Positions 23,600 through 35,800 of a DNA stretch of 64,000 bases are shown piece by piece (the stretch's first letter is position 1; every line of letters starts with the position of its first letter). The stretch comes from Carpediemonas membranifera BICM (taxonomy: Eukaryota; Protista; Fornicata). Under the pieces are notes generated by a model. The model was not told the origin of the DNA, searched no databases, and saw only the letters and a list, made by a program, of their open reading frames with translations. Both the position numbers and the translations under genes were made by a program. The DNA lies in contig JAHDYR010000015.1 of assembly GCA_019828565.1 (NCBI GenBank), positions 359,505 to 423,504 of the forward strand. Direction: 5' to 3'.

Positions 23600-23724
23600 A
23601 AGGTGTTGTGGGTCCTACCCAAAGTTACACAGATTTACGTTATATTTAATAGTCAAGGAGTTTCTCCTCGACACCCTTGTGTCGAGTCTTCTCCTCAGTA
23701 AAAGTTCAACACCCATTGAACCAC

Positions 23725-23736
23725 AGTACTAGTACT
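23725..23736. promoter_or_regulatory. Palindrome at PBS position, LTR-9
   Basis: AGTACTAGTACT. Confidence 0.8.
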
Positions 23737-23746
23737 ACCAAAACAT

Positions 23747-26700
23747 ATGGGTACGGAAACTTACAGAAGCCTGAAGAAGAATCCGCCTCTCCTGAAGAAG
23801 TCCTCCATGGACGCTCTTTTGGACTTTGCGGATAACCTCCACGATCATCGCGCCTTAGGCGGCCGCGATGATGTTATTGACCTCATCGAGCCTAGCATAG
23901 CAGAGCTAGCAGGCCTTAACGACGACGAAGAGGTTGAAGACACTCCTCTCCTGCTCTCCGCGAAGCTCCGTAAGAAACGTCGTGTCGCAGCCCAAGATGA
24001 ACGAGTCCTCAAGCGCCTCGGTGCTGCCCTTCGACCTTCTCGCCCGAGCATGCGTCTACAGCTCTTCCGAGTCCCCGCCAAGTCCTTCGAGCCTGATGAG
24101 GTTGCTCGAGTGAACCGCCGATTCAATCTGCTCTTGAAGCTCGTTCAACCCGAAGATCCCGAGGACGTCTTGAAGGAGACGTACAGCCGCTGCTTCAAGT
24201 TCCCCAACAACAGTCGCATCATGTATCGAGTCAGAGAATCAACGGAGCGCAAGGATCTCAAGGACGCAATGGCTGATGTCCTCGTCATGTCACGCGACCT
24301 CAAGGAGTCCAAGGAGATGATCGCTTCCTTCGGCGCTGCGGGGGTCTCCGACTCACAGCGTACCAACACCACGCCCTCCCATACACGGCACACGGGGAGC
24401 GGTCCGAAGAACCCTCATCGACGCGAGCCTGACCGCACGAACGTAGCCCCCTCAAAAGGCAAGCCGATCGACAAGCCCAAGCACGAGAAGAAGCCATTCG
24501 TGTGCTTCAACTGCGGTAAGGTCGGTCACTCCGCTCGCCGATGCCCTGCTCCGAAGACAACCTGTTCCAAGTGCCAGAAGCCGGGCCACCGAGCTGAATT
24601 CTGCCGTTCTGAGGTAAATTCAGCTCGTTGTGTGTTTTCTCTCGGTTCCCGTCAGAGTGTCCTTCCCACCGTCAAGGCTAGCATTCTTAAGCAAGTCGTG
24701 TCCGTCCTGTTCGACTCGGGCGCTGACTGCGCAACCATTGACCCCAAGCTCTGCTACGGCAAGGCAGTGAAGTGGATCTCACACGAGAAGACACTTATCG
24801 AGACAGTGGGCGGCGTCAGAGAGGCCGAGGGTCAGGTATCCTTCCGCCTCGTCTTAGCGCCCTCGCCATTCACTCCGCGCGGATGCTCTATCACTATTAA
24901 GGCCTACGTCCTGTCGACCGCTTTCGATGTATGCCTGGGTTACCCTCAGATGGTGGAGATCGGCCTTCTCCCTTCGTTGTCTGAGCCTACCAGCGAGCTC
25001 GCAGCCAGCGACGAACCACCTACATTCGAGAAGTACGTCGCGCAAGCCAGAGCCATGTCCTCTTCCTTTTCTCAGAGGCAGGCCGACATCCTCAAGCGTT
25101 ACGCCCGGACATTCGTGGACCGTACCGAGCCAAGCCGGCTCGAACCGTATGATTTGGTCCTCAAGGGCGACAGAGTCGTACACATTCGGCCGTACTATGT
25201 TCCCCCGCCGAAAGTCCCGATCATTCAAGAGCACATTAATACGCTCCTGGCAAAGCGCTACATCGAGGCATGCCAGTCTCAATACGCGAGCCCTACCATC
25301 ATAGTTCCAAAGAAGGGGGGAAAGACGCGTTTTGTCGTCGACTTCCGCGAGATCAATCAACTAACGGAACCATTCGACTACCCCATCCCTCGCATAGACG
25401 AAGTTCTCACTCAACTGTCCGGAAAGTCTGTGTTCGCTACCCTAGACTTGTCAGCAGGATACCATCAGATCCCTCTTACTGAACGGTGCCGTCACCTAAC
25501 CGCCTTCCGTACTGTTTTTGGTCAATACCAATATACACGGATGCCCTTCGGCTTACGTAACGCCGGAGCGTACTTCCAGAGGGCGATGGAAGACGGGTTC
25601 AAGGGTCTGGTGGGCTCCGCCTGTGTCATATACATTGATGACATCATCGTCATGGGTGCGGATGAGGACGAGTACCTGGGAAACCTCGAAAAAGTCATGC
25701 AACGCGTTGACAAGCTTAACCTTCAGCTCGGCCGAGATAAGTGCCAGTTCGGTCGGCAAGAGGTCGAGTTCCTCGGGTGGATCATATCCCAAGGCAGCGT
25801 GAAGATCTCACCCCAGCGGACCGAAGATATCGCGAACCTCAAGCTGTCTTCATCCACGAAGGGCATGCAGGGTCTCAACGGATTCCTCAACTATTTCCGC
25901 GATTACATACCCAACTTCGCGGTCCGAGCTAAGCCTCTGCTAGACGCCATGTCCGGTCGGCAGACCCCCTCGAGACGTTCTTCAGAAGTCGCTGGACGAT
26001 CTGAAACAAGCTTTATGTTCGGCCGACGCTCTAGCCATGTTCGACGCGACTAAGCCTCACACTGTCATGACTGACGCATCCGATGTCGGGTACGGAGCAG
26101 TCTTACTCCAAGAGGGCCGACCAGTTTGCTATATGTCGCGTGCGTTCAACGACGTCCAGTCACGCTGGTGTACCGGTGAGAAAGAAGCCTACGCTATCGT
26201 CGCAGCGTTACAACGATGGCGCAAGTTCCTGTGCTGGGAGAGCTTTACTATTCTCACGGATCACCGGAACCTACTCTATATGTACCGGTCCACCAACGCC
26301 AAGGTCCGCCGGTGGGCTGATTCGATCGCCGATTTAGATTTCACCCTACAGCACATCGCCGGTCTGGACAACGGTGGAGCCGACGGTCTCTCGAGAGTAT
26401 TCTCCATGCAACAGGCGTCGAGGGATCAGGTATCCCGCGCTCATCTCACAGCAGGAGCTCATCTGTCTCGCCGGATGACAACCGAGCAACTTAGGGCCGA
26501 CGGTTTGTCTGTCTCCCGTCAAGTCGTAGACGACGTGATTACCGCGTGTCCAGAGTGCCAAGTCTTGGCCCGCCCTCCTGTTGATACGCCCGACGGCCTG
26601 CATACAGCTGTAGACCTCCCGTTCCGGCGTGTGGCCATTGACACCATGGGTCCGCTACCGACGGTCAACGGCCTGTCCTACGTGACAGTAATGATCGACA

Positions 26701-27683
26701 TGTGCTCCCGCTGGACAGAGCTAGTCCCGGTCAACAGCACCTCAGCCAAAGACGCAGCCAACGCATTGGTCAACACCTGGATTCTACGATACGGATGCCC
26801 CGAAGTCGTCCAATCGGATGGGGGCTCAGAGTTCAAAAACGCTCTGTTCAAACGCCTCTCCGAAGAGATGGGGTTCGACGTCCACATAACGACAGCATAC
26901 CATCCCCAGAGCAACGGTGTCGTCGAACGCGCGAACAAGGAGGTCGAACGCATCCTCAGAGCCAGGAAGCTGGAGTTAAGGAATAACGATTGGGTAGCAC
27001 ACCTACCAGTCGCCCAATTCTTGGTCAACTCAATGCCCAGGATCCCGACCCGGTTGACTCCGGCCGAGATCATGTTTGGCGCCAATTTATCAATACCGTC
27101 ATCGATCTATATCACGGATGCCGCCTCGGCTGGTCCGCCACAGTCGAAGCTAGCCGCAGCCGATGCCGCCATCCAACTCGCCAAAGCAAGGATTAGAGCC
27201 ATGCGCGAAGACGCTCTCGCAAAGGCAACCTCATCGAGAAGCGAGATATTGAGCCGTTTCGTGCTGGTCAAATACTACCCAAGACCACCGAGCAAGCTAG
27301 CCCCGGGCTGGCGCGGCCCCATGAGGCGTGTCGCAGCCGTCAAACGTGATGGTGTTGTCGTCGCATATGAGGTCCAAGACCTCAGTCAGTCAGCGGACGG
27401 TCCAACTATCAAGGTAGACGCGGCACGTGTGCGAAGATTTGACCCAGGCAAGCTCTCGGAGCAACAGATCTATGACCTCGCAGCCGCTTCCGTCGATGAG
27501 TGGCATGTCGAGCGCATCTCACGCTCTAGAGGCTCGGGCCCCAAGTCAAGGCGCGAGTACCTCGTACACTGGGTCGGATTCGAGGATTCAGAGGCTTCAT
27601 TCGAACCTTATTCGCACGTCAAAGATTTGGAAGCCCTCGATACATATTTGAAGTCTGACCAAGCCAAGCGTGACGGTCTGTAA
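23747..27683 (+). CDS. gag-pol: LTR-9 gag-pol with chromodomain; one frameshift near 25965
   Basis: ORFs 23747-26053 and 26037-27683; CCHC, FDSGA, YIDD, TDAS, YLVHWVGFEDSEAS. Confidence 0.9.
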
Positions 27684-27725
27684 AACTTCTCAACATCGAA
27701 GCTGTATCCTCGAGGAACAAACGAT

Positions 27726-28830
27726 TTATTCAGAGCTAGATTCCTCGTCTTCCGTCTCCTCCGTGTCCGTCAGCTCGACCAACCAAGTCGGGTCAGCGTG
27801 GCGCTCAAGGGCGTTCTCAGCCAAGTACTCTCGCACACACCGGACAAGGCAGAGATCAGCGTTGAGGGACACGATGCTGAGTCCCGAGTATCCGTCATAC
27901 TGCAGGATCAACACAAAAGACCCGGGACCACAAGTCGTCTTCAGATACTCGTGACGGACTACGCACGTGACAGTGTAGTAGCGGTCCGGATCAGAGACCT
28001 GAAGCGGCTCCCAGTGAGCCTCATCGCCAATGGCGGGCAGGTAGCCGTCGTGGCACAAGCGGCTGACCAGGGTTGCCCAGAAGTCGTTGGGAGCCGGGAT
28101 GCGCCGGCTGATGCCGTAGACAGCGACACGGAAGTAGTCCGGTGCGAGGACGAGGACCAACAGGCGGTTAAGATATCCGCGCGCTGTAGTGTCCGACTTG
28201 ACCCCGCCGGCAGTCCGCACAGCCGCCACGAGAGCTGCAGAGTAGTGACCATTACCGGGTGAAGACCCACCCAGCGTGATGTCGCGGCCCCGGATCGCGG
28301 CCGACACGATGTCGCCATCGGTCAAGCGCTTCTTGCCGAGCTTGAGGTGGGCCCTCACACCGGCAAGCGCGACCTGGCAGTGAGCCACGAGAGCCAAGAC
28401 CTGCTGGGTCAGCTTCACGTCCTGCACTACGGCTGCGTCGTTCAGACGACCTTGCTCAATAGCGTCAAAGATTCGCTGGAGCGGCAGCTCGATGGAGTTG
28501 GTGTAACCTTCCAGGCGTCGGGCAACCTCGGCCTTGATGTCGTGGGGCATCAGAGTCGTCATCGTCAGGGTGCGAGTGATGCGTTCTGAGGCTTGCACGC
28601 GGTGACTATATAACCTCACGGTTGATGTTTGTTACTTACAGATTGTCGGTGACCATGCGCTTGCGTCCACGATACTTCTGAGCGCGAAGGGAACGACAAA
28701 CGGACGTATGGGCAACAATAAGTGGCCTAGCCAGATCGTCATCACCAAGTTCGGTGATTTTGGCACGAATTTCCTTCAGAACGGCCTCTACGGCTGTGTT
28801 GTCCGACATCAAATGAGTTGACGGCGACAT
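27726..28830 (-). CDS. LTR-9 antisense accessory gene, exons 28640-28830 and 27726-28605, ~356 aa, chromo-like C-terminus
   Basis: 34-nt intron 28606-28639 (GTAAGT..TATAG) restores the frame; homologous to the LTR-5/11 gene (LQVSDP.R.Y, QY.GY, VREYL). Confidence 0.78.
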
Positions 28831-29547
28831 ATCCTGCACATTTCTCGGAAACGGTCGAAGGAACAACTAACAAGGTCATCTTAGTCTTCAAGCATGCATT
28901 TATTGTCGGTAATAAGGCATTAGGAGCTTCCTAGTGCTCCTTCCGGTCAGTTTGATGTTGTTATTCAAGTACAGTTGGACGCAGAAAATTAGAAGCCTCA
29001 GAACTCCTCAACGGAGCCGAATTGGAGCTTCTAAGTACGTTTTTCGGCGTCTGTGTGATTATGAGCGATAAGGGCTCAGCATTGGCAGTGTTTGCTAGAG
29101 CAATCGTTCTTGGCCTTCGAATTACATGGAATGGCATATAACACGTATAAGGTTTGTGAAGACGGCCTAGGAAGGCCGTGGAGGGGCAGTGGTAAGCCTT
29201 TCCGTCACGTTTCACCATTTTTGAAACAGAGCTCACATAGCGGTACCGCAGTTAGATCATGATACCATCATTTTGATTTCGTTCAGCTAGATGCGAAAGC
29301 ACTCAGGCCATGGGGTTGCCAGCCCTATGAGTCACCGTTGGCGGTCGGGTGGCACCGTCCAGGCCTTTGGTGAAATGCTGACGTCAAGTCTCTCTGTCAT
29401 GCCTATACCAGGCATGGAGGGGCAGTGTTGTGGGTCCTACCCAAAGTTACACAGATTTACGTTATATTTAATAGTCAAGGAGTTTCTCCTCGACACCCTT
29501 GTGTCGAGTCTTCTCCTCAGTAAAAGTTCAACACCCATTGAACCACA

Positions 29548-30778
29548 AAGGCTCAACACCGATGACACCAGGCAGTTCAGAAGCGAACAGGTCCGGGTAG
29601 TCCTGGATCAGCGGATGAGCGATCTCGGCTGGTGCACGATCGTCAGGCAGGGGCACCGGGGTGGCCTCAACGAACTCTGCCTCGGCGCGCGGGGCGAGCA
29701 GGTCGGGCAACAAACCCACGGCGCGTATCGTGGGCACGCCGATGATTAGCTCTCCGGCGGAAGGGAGGACGAAGAACTCCGCCGTGACCTCCACTGGGCG
29801 CTCGAGCTGCAGTGTGATAGTCACGGGACGGGTCGTATACTCCGCGGTAATAGTGCCGTTGGCCGTCTCGAGCGGGACGTGGGCCTCGAAGAGACGCAGG
29901 TGCATCTCCTCGGCAAGCGCTGGAGGGATGAAGTTAAGGCTGGCACCGGTATCAAGCAAGGCGGTGCGAGGGACGTGGTCAGAGAAATGGAGGCTCACAT
30001 GAGGGCTGCTGTTGTTGGTGTGGGCGGCCAACTTAGCAGTGAGGTTGAGCGCTTGGCGACGGATGCCATGCGCGAAGAAGCCGGGGTGATCCCGGTGAGG
30101 GCACTCGGGCCGTACATGACCTGTGAGGCCACAACCGTGGCAGATGAGCTCCGACTTCGGCCGGCGATCGACGGTAGGGGTGGTCGGCTCAGCCTTGGCC
30201 TTGATGGGCGGAGGGCGCCGGGGCGGCATGTCGAGGCGGGGCTCGTCGCGGAAAGATTCGCTCTGCGCGCGGATGGAGACTATGTCATCGAGCTCTGTGA
30301 TGGCCGCCTCACAGGCCTCAGCGAAGGTCTCGGGGCTAACGATCTTGAGGCGAGTCTTGAGGGCCGAGGGGAGCGAGGCAGTGAAGAGCTTCCGCGTCTG
30401 TTGATCGATGGGGCGAGTGTTATCATCACATAGCGCGAGGGTCTTATGGTAAGTGTCTATGTGGGCTAAGAGGGCCGGCGGCTCGAGGGAGCGCAGGCGG
30501 AGGCGCTGGATAGACTGGTAAGTTTCAACTTGTGTATGAAACTTGAAGAACTCGGTCGCGATAGTGTCGAAGAGGTCGCCGTCGGGGATATCGTCGATAG
30601 GGACGCGGAGGCGCACGAGGCGCGTGACAGATGGGCTAAGGAAGGTTGCAAGGGGAGGTAGTTGGAGATTGAGGGCTCTCGCTTGAACTTGGTAGTGATC
30701 GACGTCGTCCTGGAAGGTGAAGAAGGCAGAACGCGTAAGCGATCGCAAATACGGGATGGTGATGCCAAAAGACTGCAT
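29548..30778 (-). CDS. gag: LTR-8 gag-protease (piece 1)
   Basis: CHGCGLTGHVRPEC, LLDTGAS; joins in frame (GVEP|FHID) to the pol piece. Confidence 0.9.
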
Positions 30779-30780
30779 GT

Positions 30781-30792
30781 AGTATCGATACT
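30781..30792. promoter_or_regulatory. Palindrome at PBS position, LTR-8
   Basis: AGTATCGATACT. Confidence 0.8.
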
Positions 30793-30914
30793 GTGCTTGG
30801 TTTGGCCTTGAAGGGAACTTTCCAATTAATGGATGAGAACTGATTTACTCCTGGAAACCGCAGTGGTGAAAATGGTCAAAAACCAAAACCTTAAACTGCG
30901 CCTCACCACAAGAC

Positions 30915-31716
30915 GACGGCTCACCACCCTCAGTCGAATGGTTTAGTTGAGCGAGCGAATGTTTCGGTGAAGTCCATCCTGACAGCGCGTCGTTACCAGT
31001 TTAGATCCAATGATTGGGTCCACAGCTTACCGATTGCTCAGTACCTTGTTAACTCGACCCCTCGAGTCCCTACTCGACTCTCCCCAGCCGAGATCCTGTA
31101 TGGTACCGAGATGCGGGTGCCGAAGGACATCACCTTCATCGCGCCGAGCGAGACATATATCGTCGACCAACAGGAGGACTGGCTGTCTGAGGCCAAGGCG
31201 TACCGGCTCATGGCTGCCGAGCGTATTAAGAGCAAGCGGTTACTACAACAGTATAGGCCGGACACCCGCGCTACTGTCTCGACTCCCTACGTCCTGGTGG
31301 CTTACCCCGACAGACCTCCCGACAAATTCGCCGCCGGGCTGCGTGGCCCAATGGCGTTAGTGTCTGTGCACCAGGAGTACAACAAAGTTGTTGCATACAC
31401 TGTGCGAGACCTTGAATCACTGAAGCAGTTCCGAGTCGACGCCTCCCGGGTCCTCCCATTCGATCACGGCGACATGTCCTTGGAGCAAGTTGCTCGCTTG
31501 GCTAACACAGTGGCGGCCGAGTACGTACCGAGCAAGATCGTGAAGTCCCGGCCCGAGTCTGGTCCGGTCGAGAGTCGCGAATACCTGGTCGAGTGGCAGG
31601 GCTATGAGCCAGACGAGGCGTCGTGGGAACCATTCGAGAATGTCGATGGCTGTGACAAGTTTGAAGACTTTCTTGAGCAGAGAGGCTTACACCGTGCTGC
31701 GCACTCCAGGCAGTAA
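30915..31716 (+). CDS. pol: LTR-5 pol piece 3 (integrase C-terminus, chromodomain)
   Basis: TAHHPQSNGLVER; YLVEWQGYEPDEASWEP. Confidence 0.9.
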
Positions 31717-31735
31717 ACGGATTCTCAGTCAAGAT

Positions 31736-32859
31736 TTATTGATAGTCGTCATCGGATTCGTCGTCAGGACCGTTGATCCATTCCTCAAGCCCGAAGTCCA
31801 CCAGGTACTCGCGGACCACGGTGACCGCAGCAAGGGTTGAGTCCAGACCAGTGCACGTGGGGGCGGTGTAGCCCTCGTACTGCACATGTAGGATGAGGCG
31901 ACGGTCAGGGCCAGCGGTCAGGATTTCATGACCTAACACGTCCAGGACGTCATACTCACGCTCAGGGTCAGAGACCTGCAGGGCCAGGCCGAGGCGTTGC
32001 GGCAGGGATGGGAGCTCGTCCATGAGGCGGAGGTTGGCTACCAGGGCGGCCCAATGGGCTTGGGTCACCGAGACGTGATCGGAGCGCTCGCCGTGGAGGA
32101 ACAGACGGTAGTACTCCGGCGCGAGAGCCAGGACGACCACGCGGTAGAGGGTCTGGCGAGCCATGCTGGAGCCACAGCCGAGTGCACGGCCGAGCGCTGA
32201 CAGGACCTGGGGGCTGACGTACTGGTTGGAGGTACCGTCACTCTTCAGGTGGAACACGCCGGCGGAAATGGCGGCGCGGACGATGTCCGAGTCGGTCTGA
32301 CCCCGGCTGCCCGAGCGCTCACGGAGGAAGCGCAAGGCGCGGTGCTCCCTCTGGAGCTGCACCAGCAGAGTGGCCGAGATGTCGAGGAGGGCGCCCGCAT
32401 CCCCGCTCCAGAGCGTGCCGGTGGATAGATGGTCGAAGATGGCCTCAAGGGGCACCTCAACGAAGTTGACATACCCCGCAAGGCAATCACGCACCACAGC
32501 GGACAGCAGAGGGTCGCGGTGGGTGAAGCAACCCTGCATGGCACCGCCCGCAGGCACCCGACAGAGATCTCTGGCGGAAGTTGCCGGCACTACGATCGAG
32601 CTGTGTAAGAGGACCGGAGGTGCACAAACCGTTTCAGGGGGTTCTTCGACGCATCTCCACAGCGCTTACGGATAGCCTTCTGTCGAAGAGCGCTCAGGGA
32701 TCGGGCCTTATGACGCTGACAACGAGCGATCGTCGCTAAGGCGTTATCGAGTACCTTACGGTAATCAGCATCGGCTAATTCGCCTGAAAGCTCGCGAATC
32801 TTATCGAGGGCGCGCGTATCCTCCATGTTTGGCCGCTTTTTCTCAGGAAAAAGCGACAT
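31736..32859 (-). CDS. LTR-5 antisense accessory gene, exons 32630-32859 and 31736-32600, ~364 aa, C-terminal chromo-like domain
   Basis: 29-nt intron 32601-32629 (GTTTGT..TACACAG) joins the two ORFs in frame; start ATG inferred. Confidence 0.75.
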
Positions 32860-35800
32860 ATCCTGCACTTTTCCCGAAAGACGATGGGAAGTGCCCATAA
32901 TGATCCCCATGATAGACCATTCTCAATATTTATACCTCAAACACAGTCCAAGGGACTTCTGTCGTCCGTGGAGCAGTGTTACTGATGTTGATTAGGTTTC
33001 GATGCAGCGCAGAACAAAAAAGAGCCAGAACTTGCCAACGAAGCCGAATTGGGGCCTCAAAACCCCTTTTTCGGGCGCTGTGTAAGAATGGGGCGGATCA
33101 GCCTAACGTACCGGAACTTTCAGTATGAGCGATGGCGAAATGCCTAAAAATGCTCGGGGCGAGAATTCCCGAGCCGAGCGCGAGCCCCAGAGTGCCCGCG
33201 AGGGGGCGGGGCTGTGGTACGTCCTTTTTATACTTATACAGGAGCTCCTGAACCCATATCTTAATTAGCAGCGCTGCATAGATCTTTTCTGAATCTTTTA
33301 GGTATCGTCGACGAATTTTACTTTCATACCTATCCGAAGCGTAATACCTCACTGGGAGGTTGCAATGAGACGTAATTCCAGAAGTTGGTTGTCGTTGTCC
33401 CGCCGATAATTCCAATAGTGGTTCGGCATGAGCGAGCGTAATCCCAAGATCGATTGGTGGCTCTAGCCCCACGTAATGCCAGATGTTGGTCGTGGTGATG
33501 GCCGCGCGACTGCTTGGCCATGGGGGGGAAGTGTAGTCAATATTAATATCTACCAATATCCCCGGGAGGGTCCAAACCTCTTTTTACTTGTAAAACCTAT
33601 CTCTTCCAAGACTACACCTACTCCAAGTCAGGACATAAAGTCACAACGGTGGCAGCACAATAGGAACTCGAATGCAGAACAGCACCGACCCACTACCCCC
33701 ACGGACCGCACTGAGAACAGGAGAACCGTACCAGATAAGCTTGAGAAAAGGTTGAAATATGTCACCAAGCTGTCATGAAGAAGACAACAACGGTAAGAGC
33801 ACAGAGGAAATCATCAGCTTACATGAGAGGTCGCTCATACGACACTGTCAAAGCCTTAAGAAGACACACCCCCTGCAGGATAAAACGGCTGCCAACCATC
33901 ACGGTCTCAGCAGAACCGGATTGAATGTGTTCACTCGCTCGGATAGCGCACTTTGTAACACCCGCCCGACCAACTGTGAGAGGCTCAGCCCCCTTATTGT
34001 CCATGATATACAACGCGGCAGACCGACTTGGGTCACCATCTGATCACGGCATCAGGAAGACACGTTGCCTTAACAGCCAAGAAGAATTGTACCCACGACC
34101 TGGCGGGTAACTGGTCATCATCGGGTATGCGCACAAGCAAGGTTGCATCAAGATCAGGCGAAGATATGGTGAGGCGAAAATGACTCCATCACCCACCTGT
34201 ATCGGCCCCGCGAGCCTTGTCTCGGCTCATACACGTCCCTGGAACATCCTGGCGTCCCTCCGCCTCGCTCTTGAGTCGAAGTCGTCGATGGTCAAAACCG
34301 ACGTTGACCTTGCGCGCGCTCCCTATAGACGCCGGCGTACAGTCCTGTGCCAACTGGCAGCGCTCGGACCCGCCGTCTGTGCGTCGCTTGGAGCGTTCTA
34401 GAGCTGGATCGGCGAAAATGAGGAAAAGACGCTTGTTGAGGACAACAACGCTGTGGACGATCGCAATGGGGCAAGATTAGGTGAATAAAGAATAAGTAGT
34501 ATGCGCTGACGGCGCCTAGTTGATGTCATTCGCTGTTGAAGAGGCGAACTTGCGAAAATCGACATGAAAACCACAAAGTGGTCAGGAGGGAGGGGTTATA
34601 AGCAAAGAAGGGGCAATGTAGCGATGTAAATGAAATGAAGAGGCAATATCGAGCATTCTGAGCATCGCTCCATCATCTTCGCTGTTCTTCCGACATTTCG
34701 ATGGTGAAATGCCACAGGACGACTCAACTGGGTCATCCAGGAAACACGGGGCAAATCGACCCTATCGGGCCCCCGGGTGTGGTGCCGCACCGCTGACCTG
34801 AGCGGCGCTTTCTATCGCCGGGTTCTATCCACCGTAATAGAGAAACGTGGGTCCGAGCATCCTATCGCTCATGAGGCCCACCAGGCGGGACCAAGCAGCT
34901 TCTAATCACACGTATACAGACATAAGACCTTCTAGGCAACTTGTCCACGTTCAAGACTGCGTTCTCATCACCGCCAACCGCACGGAGATTGCGGAAATCA
35001 TTCAGCTTCTAGGTTTCGCACGGCGCCTGCTTGTATCCATCATTTATGTCGTCGCGTGGACAACGAGGACGCTCCTGACACTGGAGAATCTTGCTCGCCT
35101 CGTTCACATGATGGGAAACGCCACCCAGTTCGTTGTACGCATGTGTGGAACCAAAAAGGCTGGGAGAAGTGATTTTAATTCGACACTTGGGTGTCGTCAC
35201 GACTAAGCTTGACTAAAACACAATTATATAAATAGGGCGCGTATAGCGCCACACTGCCCCCATGATGACCCTGGATCATCATTGAGAATTGTGTCAGAGT
35301 GCGTCGGATCTTCGGATCTGGTCCGATCTGATGGGGCCTAGGTTCGAACCCCAGTGTGAGCGGTTTTTGCTCGGATGGCATAAAGTGCGCGACTGTGGCT
35401 GAGTCGCGGCGACGAACGAACGTAAGAAGGCGGCCGATGAGGAGAAATTTGCGAAACGTGCTGGTTGAGAGCGCGATGGGTTGCGGCTCCACACGTCGAG
35501 TGGGAGTCCGCATCGCGACCTCAGTGTGGTGGAATGGCAACGGCATGAAATTCGGCCACAAACTTGATGTGCGTAGAAACGGCTAGATCGCTTGGAGAAC
35601 GTTGTGCATGTGCACATGAACGGTATGCGACGTCCTTGGCTCCGACTGAGCCATGCCTTGGCGAGAAAGGCATCGAAACGGTGGAAGGAACTAGCAAGTG
35701 GGGCGTTAGCGGTAAACGTGCAGCGTTGCAGTGTTTTGAGCAACTCAGTGGTTACGAGAGTCGCAGGACACGTTATCCGTGCTCTTCAGGATCACTCTTG

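Larger units (their letters stand above)
23604..29547 (+). mobile_element. LTR-9: complete 5.9-kb element with 122-bp LTRs and antisense gene
   Basis: Identical LTRs 23604-23725 and 29426-29547; TSD AAGG; PPT at 29414-29425. Confidence 0.95.
20902..30910 (-). mobile_element. LTR-8: ~4.1-kb element with 119-bp LTRs, hosting LTR-9
   Basis: LTRs 20902-21020 and 30792-30910; TSD AGAC; PPT GAGAGGGTAG. Confidence 0.95.
7710..33616 (+). mobile_element. LTR-5: ~6.0-kb chromovirus-like element with 85-bp LTRs and antisense gene, hosting LTR-6 and LTR-8
   Basis: LTRs 7710-7794 and 33532-33616 (TGTAGTC..GACTACA); TSD CCTA; PPT GGGGGGGAAG. Confidence 0.95.

Noticed and set aside
33098-33556. 152-aa minus ORF and other short shadow ORFs
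   Set aside because: Starts inside the LTR, is not kept open in the duplicate or in LTR-11, and has no motifs
35325-35355. GGTTCGAACCC B-box/T-arm-like motif in the LTR-10 3' region
   Set aside because: No acceptor stem, D-arm or anticodon arm found; not callable as tRNA or SINE
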